64,000 bases of DNA from a virus: positions 1 to 64,000 of the IMG/VR virus record IMGVR_UViG_3300031788_000002; one strand, 5' to 3'. The notes under the pieces are model-generated. The model was not told the origin of the DNA. It was given only the letters and a program-made list of their open reading frames with translations, and made no database searches. Below are positions 56,589 through 64,000 of this stretch, in pieces; position 1 is the stretch's first letter; the number at the start of each line of letters is the position of its first letter. The translations under genes and the position numbers were made by a program.

Positions 56589-59500
56589 ATGCCGAGTGCT
56601 GTAGCGCTTTTGACGTTTTCTCAAGGGTTGCGTGTAGGCAGTCCGGGTCAGGCACTGATCGTGGTCGACGGCGCTCCCGTCACCATCACCAATGCGGGGA
56701 ACTCGGGCGTTCAATCCTTTTTGATCGAGCTTCTGTACGCGCCCCCAAGTAGCAGTCAGCAAATCACCCCGGGTACGCAGCCTCCGACGGTGTTGGCACA
56801 GGGTAACGGTGTACCGACGGCCAGTTTGATGCCCGACGAGGGCGTTCACGGGTGTTACCGTCTTCGTTTGACGGTGTGGGCGGGGACGAATTACACGGGG
56901 CAATCGGACGTCGACATCCGCAACGTCGCGGTGGTGACACCGATCTTGAAGTCGGTGAAGCCCCCCTACCAAAAGTTTCCGGATCCGTTGCCTCTGGAGG
57001 CCACAGGGGTTTCCGGTGCCAAGCCTGATGAGCTGAATTTCGAAGGGCAGCCGTGGGGATGGTCCGGTTCGGATTCCTATGAACGCACGGAGTACCACCT
57101 CTTAGACTCGTTTATGGAGCGCGTGGACGGCTTGGCCAGCGAGGGCATCGCCGGCCCCACAGGTCCCGCGGGCGCTACTGGTGCGGCGGGAGCCACGGGA
57201 ATCCCGGGGCTTGCGGGAGCTACCGGTGCGACGGGAGCCCCGGGCGCTACCGGCGCGATGGGGTCGGCCGGGCAGTCTTTGGCCGCCAATTCCATCGACT
57301 TGTTCAATCGCGTGGGTCCCACGTTGAACATGTCCGCGAGCTGGCCTCCGCAGCCTACGGGCGCATTGCTCCCCTGGGGTGCTTTCCCCCAAACGGTTAC
57401 GGGGGCGCATCCGTTGACGCTTTCGGTAGATCCCACCACGAACGCGGTGGAAGGGGTTGGGCCTTTTGTTTGGTACACGCGCGTCGGGTCCCGGGACTTG
57501 GTACGCGTGGACATGGGCGCCGGGGGTATTTCAAGCAACGCTAGCGTCGTGGTGCCCTTATTTGGGGTTGCCCCCAACGTGACCATCCTTGGTCATCTAC
57601 AAACGCCCGGCGCACTCTGGGTTTTTGCGTACACCACCGTTTCTTACAACCCGGTGAAGACCCTCATCGCGCGCGTCGACTCCGCTACCACCGCGGTCAC
57701 GTACGCGTACTACCCAGGAGATGTGAGTGCACCCACGGAGCCTGGGGCTATTGGACTGACCAACGCGTACGTTGCCCCGGTGTTCAATACGTACCTCGGA
57801 AAGATTTTGTTCACGTCGGGGTATGAACAAATCACCACTTTTCTCGTCTACAGCCTCGACGTTGTAACCGGCGAGGTGGACCATCTCACTCTTTCGCTAA
57901 CGTCTCTCGATGGAACCCAGACGATGTACTTCACCAACATCATGGGGATGTTGATGGTCGGCGCTTACTTGTGGCTGGTTGTCTCTGGTGATTACAGTAC
58001 TTCGCCGGATATCGGTTCCAACGCGACGTACTTGGTAAAAGTCAATCCGTACACGTATCAAGCCCTCGATCTTGTCGAGCTGTACACCAGCTCTTCGGGC
58101 ACGCCCAGCAAGATGCTGGCTACGGCAACCAAGATTTACATTTACCCTTACCATCCCGGAAGCGCGTCTGAGCCAGGCTACACAACGACGCTCACGCAAG
58201 TGGATATGACGACGCTTGCTGTTGAAACCGTGACGTGGTTGGGCGAAGGAAGCATCACTGCGCTGGCTTACGATGGTACCTACGTGTGGGCTGCGGTGGC
58301 GTTGTCATCGGCTCCTGAAATCGGATCACCGGCGCTTCAATTCAATCAGCTGACACTGGTAGAAACGGCCACGCCGGTTTGGGGGTCGTCGTTTAATGTG
58401 AATCAACCGGAACCGGACGGCGTAGAGGGTAACCAGTGGTATTGGGGGCCTATTGTCGCTTACGACATGGCGTACGACCCGTACACGCAAACGTTGTACG
58501 CGGTGGACTCCAACAACGACTTTTTGATTACCTGTGCTTTACCCTCGGGGGGTACCTGGCTTGGTGGAACGAAGGGCATCGTAAATTGGGGGAATGGCGC
58601 GCAAGGCCCCGTGGGAGCCACAGGCACAGACGGTGCAACTGGAGCCAAGGGGGCTACTGGTGCAACTGGTGCCACCGGTGCAACTGGAGCCACGGGGGCT
58701 ACTGGTGCAACTGGTGCCACCGGTGCGACGGGTGCAGCGGGGAGCTCCGGCGCTTTCACGGCGACAACAACCGCAGGGTTCACTCAGCCGGCGGTCAATG
58801 CCTCTGTGGTCGTCGCCGTGCCGACGGCACCTTTCACGACCGGGCAGCAAGTAACGATTCCAGGGGTCGGCACGTACACCGCGACGGTGACGGACGGCTC
58901 ACATCTAACACTGTTGAATTCGTACCTTACGAAAAACGCCGCGCCGGGCACCGTCGAGCCGAGCGGGCTTATCGTGACGTCAGGCGGCTTGACGTCGCGA
59001 GACGTTCGCACGCCGGTACCCCTGCATGAGTGGTACCTCACCGAATCTTCGAGCCCATTCGCTGATACGGGGTCGAGTGCTAATCCATTCTCCTTCGCTG
59101 TTCTTACGGGTACGTCGGTCTCGTTTCAGCAGGCGGGACCCTTGCAATACGCGGTCGATACGAGCAGCGGCCTAAACCCCCCGCATGGGGGGGCTATGAC
59201 GGGCGGCAACAACGCAACCGAGGAAATCGTCTACCCGTTTACGCTGAGTGTGTGGTTCTGGAAGAACTCGAATCCTGGAACATCGGGTTTACTTGGCCGA
59301 AGCTACGGAACATCCGGTGGAATTACGAGTTGCTCGTGTGGCCTATGGGACTACAGCGGTACGCCTGGGTTTGGGTTGTACACTTCCGCGACCGTTACTC
59401 TCGTTAGTTCTTATCAGACTATCACTTTGGGTGCCTGGCACAATATTGTGGGCACCTACGACGGCGCGTACGCGCGCCTGTACTACGACGGGAACCTCGT

Positions 59501-59699
59501 GCAATCGACGGCGGTAACGGGGGCAATTCAGTGGACGACGACCAACAACTGGTGGTTTGGCGATGAGCTTGTAACGTCGAGTTCGACGCTCAACCCAAAT
59601 TCCTACCCAGGCATGGTCGCGCTCCCTCGCATTTACAACGTCGCGCTGACCGCCGTGCAGGTTCAAACGCAGTACCAAGCCATGATGGGTCGGTTCTAG
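56589..59699 (+). CDS. Tail fibre: two collagen-like segments, beta-propeller-like domain, C-terminal LamG/ConA-like lectin domain
   Basis: Gly-X-Y runs; [10 protein letters not shown]...LYYDG...[10 protein letters not shown]. Confidence 0.85.
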   Translation: MPSAVALLTFSQGLRVGSPGQALIVVDGAPVTITNAGNSGVQSFLIELLYAPPSSSQQITPGTQPPTVLAQGNGVPTASLMPDEGVHGCYRLRLTVWAGTNYTGQSDVDIRNVAVVTPILKSVKPPYQKFPDPLPLEATGVSGAKPDELNFEGQPWGWSGSDSYERTEYHLLDSFMERVDGLASEGIAGPTGPAGATGAAGATGIPGLAGATGATGAPGATGAMGSAGQSLAANSIDLFNRVGPTLNMSASWPPQPTGALLPWGAFPQTVTGAHPLTLSVDPTTNAVEGVGPFVWYTRVGSRDLVRVDMGAGGISSNASVVVPLFGVAPNVTILGHLQTPGALWVFAYTTVSYNPVKTLIARVDSATTAVTYAYYPGDVSAPTEPGAIGLTNAYVAPVFNTYLGKILFTSGYEQITTFLVYSLDVVTGEVDHLTLSLTSLDGTQTMYFTNIMGMLMVGAYLWLVVSGDYSTSPDIGSNATYLVKVNPYTYQALDLVELYTSSSGTPSKMLATATKIYIYPYHPGSASEPGYTTTLTQVDMTTLAVETVTWLGEGSITALAYDGTYVWAAVALSSAPEIGSPALQFNQLTLVETATPVWGSSFNVNQPEPDGVEGNQWYWGPIVAYDMAYDPYTQTLYAVDSNNDFLITCALPSGGTWLGGTKGIVNWGNGAQGPVGATGTDGATGAKGATGATGATGATGATGATGATGATGATGAAGSSGAFTATTTAGFTQPAVNASVVVAVPTAPFTTGQQVTIPGVGTYTATVTDGSHLTLLNSYLTKNAAPGTVEPSGLIVTSGGLTSRDVRTPVPLHEWYLTESSSPFADTGSSANPFSFAVLTGTSVSFQQAGPLQYAVDTSSGLNPPHGGAMTGGNNATEEIVYPFTLSVWFWKNSNPGTSGLLGRSYGTSGGITSCSCGLWDYSGTPGFGLYTSATVTLVSSYQTITLGAWHNIVGTYDGAYARLYYDGNLVQSTAVTGAIQWTTTNNWWFGDELVTSSSTLNPNSYPGMVALPRIYNVALTAVQVQTQYQAMMGRF
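58596..58750 (+). repeat. Collagen-like (GAT)n repeat
   Basis: GATGATGAT... encoded by 9/36-bp units; a second run lies at 57144-57272. Confidence 0.9.
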
Positions 59700-59700
59700 C

Positions 59701-62700
59701 ATGAGTTTCGGTAATACCCCGTGGGGTAGCAATTGGGGAGCCGGAGAAGACGCTGTTCCCCTTGAGAATATTCCCACGAGCCGCCAGTGGGATATCTTCG
59801 ATTTATCGGGTGTTGCACGACCCGATGACTTGGAGCGCGTCGCTACCTTTGTTCAAGTGGCTCTTGTCGGAAGTGCTGAAGGATTCTTTCCCAGTTCCTT
59901 CAATGTTGCATCTGGGGGAGCGTACCCAGCAACCACCGCTATCCTAGCGATTGATGTTGCGGTCACAGCTTCCTTCACGGTTCAGTACGACGTTAGCTTT
60001 GAGGCGCTCCCCCCGGACTTTAGTGGCTTATCCCAGGACGTTCCTTGTGGGCCTCATGTTTACCTAGGGGTTTGGGATGCCAATGGGTACGCTGCCGGCT
60101 TTTTCATCTCGGAAGAGGGTTGGGCTTATACCGGGGAAGTCACTATCGACAGCGATGGAAACATCATCCCCGACCAGCCCGTTACGCAGATTCCGGGAAG
60201 CGCCACGTGGACGCAAGTCGGGGTTGAGTACGTTATTCGCGTTGTTGTCGACGCCAGCGCTCAGCTTTTGTACCTGTTCATTACACCCAGCGCGAGCGCT
60301 TCTGCGGGACAGCAGCTTCAGGCCATTCTAGTAGCGCTGCCGACCATCAGCGACATTCCTAGTGCCGCCTTTGTTTCGGTACTAGGGGCGCCCGAGGCTG
60401 TTTCTTGGGTCGAGCTATTCAACTACCAGCTTTCCTCTCAAGCGCTTTTGTTGTCGGTACCCCCCACCGCGAACGCGGGCAGTGATCAGACGACGCTGTT
60501 CTGCAGTATTGTGCAGTTGGATGGTAGTGCGAGTTTTGACCCGCATGGACTCGCGCTGACGTACGAATGGCGCTTGGTCGACGCACCGAACGGCAGCATG
60601 TTTTTGGCCACGGGCGGTGACGGCCAAACGTTCGAAGAGGTACCCCCCACCGGGTTTACCGATACCTTCTACAGCGAAGATTTGGTAGCGATTGATGCAC
60701 TCGAACCGCTGCAAGTCGGGGATGTATTAACGGACAACGACGGGTCGTTCACGATCGTTAATATCAATAGAGTAAATCCGTTTTCTGTCCAAGTAGAGTA
60801 CCAAGATTTGCCCGAGAACATTTCGGGTACGCAGTTCAAAGTACTTCGACAGAACGGGATCAATGGAGCAACAACGGTCAAGCCGACGTTCTACCCCGAC
60901 GTCTTGGCGTTCTTTACGTTTGACCTTCGCGTGAATAACGGCAGCACAAGTTCGAGCCCCCAGGGAACCAATCGAAGCCGCGTGCTGGTGAACGTGCTCG
61001 AGAGCGCGCTTCCAAAGGGATGTCCTATTGATGCGTCCTTCCTGTTCGATAATTTGCTGTCGGTCTGGAAGCAGGTTGAGGATCGGGATCGCATCAGCGT
61101 CTTTTGGGAGGCGTTGGCGCGCGTTGCGTCCACTGAGCTCTATACGCTGTGGCAGGTCGAGTACAGCAAGAGCCTTCGGGATATTCAGCGCACCTTTATT
61201 CGTCGTTGGATTCACTACGACTTGTTGTTGCCCGAACCGTCGCCGGAGCTTACCGCCGTGCGTTTCATCTGGGGTGGGATTACCTCCAATGCACTGCCCT
61301 CCTCAGGGGTGAGCGGGGTCGCGGGCACGCGCGTGGTGGTGGGCTCTCCTTTCTTGGCGGCACCCGTGGCCGTCCCCTTGGTCGGACTGGGCACGGTGCC
61401 CCCCACAGCCTTCGCGCAAGAGCTGCAGGCACGCCTTCGCGAAGTGTTGGGGCCTAGCGTCACGGCCACGGTGTGGTGGACGCGCCCCTCAGTTACTTCA
61501 GCGCCCATCGGCGTGTTGACGTACCCCGACGCCGTCGCGGGGCTCACTCTGACCGTTTCCGTGGACGGGGTATCCGCTACGGCCACCGTCGGAACGCCAA
61601 GCGATCTTCCCAGCTTTCTGGCGGACTTGGCCGCGCAGTTGCCCGCAGCCGTGCTGACGCTGACGAGCGCGCAGGGCCTGCGCGTTGGTTCCCCTACCGT
61701 GGGCAGCCCCGCCGGGGCGGCGCTCAGCATTGATCTGGGCAGCACACTGCTTGTGAGCAATGGGGGGCCGCTGACCTTCGCTTCGCTGACCTCGGCGCCC
61801 GCGGCGTATGTGCACGTAACCGCCGCGATTCCTTTTGTTCTCCTTGGTACATCGACGTCGCCAGGCTTTACGTACCCGTGCGTCAACACCTTGTTAGGGG
61901 GTACGGGCGGCGAGGCGTTGAGTGCTTACGCCTTTCGGGTTTCGTGCTCTCTAAGTGACAGCGCCCTACTGGAAGACGACTTGTTGGTGGTTAACCGGCA
62001 AGGGTACCGCGTGGTGCGCGCCGTGGATGACCCTAGCGATGACTTCGCGTTTCAACGCCTCGTGGTTAAGGACCCCCTTCCACCAACAGTGTTGGGCGGC
62101 GCGAGTTGGGTGGTTCCGGGGTGGGTGGATTCCACCTTTTTGAATTTCTGGGCGGGACTGGTGGACGCGGGCGACCCCGTGGACTTCGAGCTCATCGTTC
62201 CGGTCAACGGGCAGAACGTCATCACGTTGGTGTCCACCGTGGCCCTCGGAGCGAATGCAACGCAGGTCAATCGCCTGGCGGTGGATACGGGACTCTTGGC
62301 GGCTCAGCTGTCGCTTCAGCCCGGCGCGTTCGTACGTCTCGCTCGTGTACTGCGCCGTCATTTCATTCCGGTGGACAGTCGCATCGTCGATATCCCCACG
62401 CTCAGCGATGTCATCGCGATCGTGGATACAGACGAGGTGTTGCTACGGAACGTGGATTACTTCCTCGAAGCGTTTCGAGGACAGTCGGCCCTGCGTTTCG
62501 TGTCGGGTGTTGCGCCCGATGTCGGGGATGTTTTTGAAAGTGAGCGTCCCCCGGTGCGCTTGTGGGCGGAGTACACCTTTTTCGATAACAGCGATCTCAT
62601 CGAGGCCAACTTCGGCTCTGCGATCGGTCTAACCCGGGACATGGTACCCGCTACCGTGGATTACCTATCGGCGGTGCGGGGCATCTGGTACGCGCGATAC

Positions 62701-63984
62701 AACGGCCCGACGATGCAGAATCTGCGCATCGCCATGCAGATATTCTTAGGGCTACCCTTTGCGGAAGAAGCGGGCACCATTCTTGAGATCCGCACGGACT
62801 TCTTTACGCAGCAAAGCCGTATCCTAATTCAAGATACGGCGAATGCAGCTCTTGTTCGTTCCTACGTGTACCCCCGTGTTCTTGGCCTCGAAACCAACTC
62901 GGTGACGAATGCGCTGTACGCGGTTGGGGATACGGTTACGCAATTCGCGCCTCTTGTAACGGGCGCCGAGGTCGTGGATTACGTCAAGGATCCCTCGTGG
63001 TTTCAGGGGATCTTGATGCAGGGGGTCTTCTACGAAGTTCAGAAGTACCACACCTTCTTAATCCAGGTTAATAGCCAGGCGTTCAACCTTGCGTCAGTGG
63101 TGTTCGCGCAACAGTTTATTCAGAGCATCAAACCGAAGTACACGATCCCGCTCTACGTAGTGTCCATGGATGCGGGGGCGTCGGATGGCACCAACGGCGA
63201 TCAGATTGACGTGGAGGATGACGTCACCATGGTGTTGACGCTTTACCTGTACGACACACCAGGAGATCGAGAGGGCGCGAGCATTTACTTCGATGAGCCG
63301 TGGCCTTCGGGTGCGCGCTACAACAACGAGAGCTGGCGCAACTACTACGATCGTGGGGATGACCCGACCGTGGCGCTGCCCGTTTATCCTGGTCCTTCGG
63401 CACCAGTACCCTGGGGTTTTGATAAGGAGTGGGTGTGCCCTGCAGACGAACTTGAGGCAACTCAGTCAGCTGTCTTCCCCGGGGGTACCCTTCCCACGTA
63501 TGACAGCGTGTTCGCGTATGACCAAAATCTAACATCCCAAGAATTCGCGACCGTTCTTCCACCTCCTGCGTACCCCGCAACGGTTCCGCTGTTCATCGCA
63601 CCCTACGGCGGCACGATTCAACGTGCCAGTATTCAGTTGAACGGGCCTACCCAGGGGGGCGCTGCGTTAACGCAAGCTGCATGGGTCGCTACCCTTCTCG
63701 TTAATGGGGTTGCTGTGGCAATCCTACCGTTTACGCTGGGGTATACGCACCCCGTCAACGGCTTCGTTGTAACCCTACCTCAGAACATCGAGCTCACGGT
63801 AGCGCTGACGGCTGCGTTGAATGGTGGGGATGCTGTTGCCTTGTCGATTGCACCGGTGAGTGCGCTCGAACAAGTGCCGGGCTGGACGCAGATTGTGGCC
63901 GCGGTGTTCATTGAGCGCGGCGCGTGGGCATTTGATGTACCCTTGGCGGCGGGAACATATTGTAGTACGGGGGATGTTACATGA
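59701..63984 (+). CDS. Large baseplate/tail protein with PKD-like domain
   Basis: PPTANAGSDQ...VQLDGSASFDPHG..LTYEW; GPT..NL...LGLP; IKP.YT; 1427 aa. Confidence 0.7.
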   Translation: MSFGNTPWGSNWGAGEDAVPLENIPTSRQWDIFDLSGVARPDDLERVATFVQVALVGSAEGFFPSSFNVASGGAYPATTAILAIDVAVTASFTVQYDVSFEALPPDFSGLSQDVPCGPHVYLGVWDANGYAAGFFISEEGWAYTGEVTIDSDGNIIPDQPVTQIPGSATWTQVGVEYVIRVVVDASAQLLYLFITPSASASAGQQLQAILVALPTISDIPSAAFVSVLGAPEAVSWVELFNYQLSSQALLLSVPPTANAGSDQTTLFCSIVQLDGSASFDPHGLALTYEWRLVDAPNGSMFLATGGDGQTFEEVPPTGFTDTFYSEDLVAIDALEPLQVGDVLTDNDGSFTIVNINRVNPFSVQVEYQDLPENISGTQFKVLRQNGINGATTVKPTFYPDVLAFFTFDLRVNNGSTSSSPQGTNRSRVLVNVLESALPKGCPIDASFLFDNLLSVWKQVEDRDRISVFWEALARVASTELYTLWQVEYSKSLRDIQRTFIRRWIHYDLLLPEPSPELTAVRFIWGGITSNALPSSGVSGVAGTRVVVGSPFLAAPVAVPLVGLGTVPPTAFAQELQARLREVLGPSVTATVWWTRPSVTSAPIGVLTYPDAVAGLTLTVSVDGVSATATVGTPSDLPSFLADLAAQLPAAVLTLTSAQGLRVGSPTVGSPAGAALSIDLGSTLLVSNGGPLTFASLTSAPAAYVHVTAAIPFVLLGTSTSPGFTYPCVNTLLGGTGGEALSAYAFRVSCSLSDSALLEDDLLVVNRQGYRVVRAVDDPSDDFAFQRLVVKDPLPPTVLGGASWVVPGWVDSTFLNFWAGLVDAGDPVDFELIVPVNGQNVITLVSTVALGANATQVNRLAVDTGLLAAQLSLQPGAFVRLARVLRRHFIPVDSRIVDIPTLSDVIAIVDTDEVLLRNVDYFLEAFRGQSALRFVSGVAPDVGDVFESERPPVRLWAEYTFFDNSDLIEANFGSAIGLTRDMVPATVDYLSAVRGIWYARYNGPTMQNLRIAMQIFLGLPFAEEAGTILEIRTDFFTQQSRILIQDTANAALVRSYVYPRVLGLETNSVTNALYAVGDTVTQFAPLVTGAEVVDYVKDPSWFQGILMQGVFYEVQKYHTFLIQVNSQAFNLASVVFAQQFIQSIKPKYTIPLYVVSMDAGASDGTNGDQIDVEDDVTMVLTLYLYDTPGDREGASIYFDEPWPSGARYNNESWRNYYDRGDDPTVALPVYPGPSAPVPWGFDKEWVCPADELEATQSAVFPGGTLPTYDSVFAYDQNLTSQEFATVLPPPAYPATVPLFIAPYGGTIQRASIQLNGPTQGGAALTQAAWVATLLVNGVAVAILPFTLGYTHPVNGFVVTLPQNIELTVALTAALNGGDAVALSIAPVSALEQVPGWTQIVAAVFIERGAWAFDVPLAAGTYCSTGDVT

Positions 63985-64000
63985 ACGCCGACAATGTTCT

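Noticed and set aside
56200-56604. Plus-strand 134-aa ORF continuing the baseplate operon
   Set aside because: The minus-strand ORF has paired CxxC motifs and a class B promoter, so it is the better call.
1-64000. Genome-wide TAG reassignment (code 15)
   Set aside because: Major genes end in TAG directly before the next start (20327, 59697) and long ORFs are intact in code 11.
1-64000. Prophage, integrase or IS element
   Set aside because: No integrase, transposase, att site or host housekeeping context recognised.

Overview
64 kb segment of a large (jumbo-type), probably contractile-tailed phage genome, GC roughly 60% by eye. The host is most likely a myxobacterium (Myxococcota), inferred from Cys-rich 'DAG' lipoproteins, Ala/Asp repeats and GC content. 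Virion genes (head-internal proteins, a gp25-like and a baseplate-J-like wedge, a collagen/LamG tail fibre, several >1000 aa structural proteins) are interleaved with a group-3 sigma factor, RNase HII, a DEDDh exonuclease, ATP-dependent DNA ligase, a 5'-nucleotidase, a glycosyltransferase-like protein, two or three cell-wall hydrolases, an orphan Panacea antitoxin, a pentapeptide-repeat protein and dozens of small accessory ORFs. Patterns read directly from the sequence: (1) two promoter classes, an AA(A/T)-N15/16-GG(C/T)ATAA motif (11 copies, one in front of the phage sigma) and TGN-TANNNT boxes 5-8 nt before start codons (leaderless, mostly virion genes); (2) repeated K-x-A / W-x-K-x-A motifs in putative head-internal polyproteins, with an identical LRKKTAA tag at the N-terminus of the sigma factor; (3) a stand-alone ~80 nt sRNA with an anti-SD 5' end; (4) many exact short tandem duplications, frameshifts and amber stops confined to accessory genes; (5) a conserved TTCTTT(T)AGC tail after terminators. 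No tRNA, rRNA, CRISPR array, integrase or reverse transcriptase was seen. Family assignments are from remembered motifs, not database searches.
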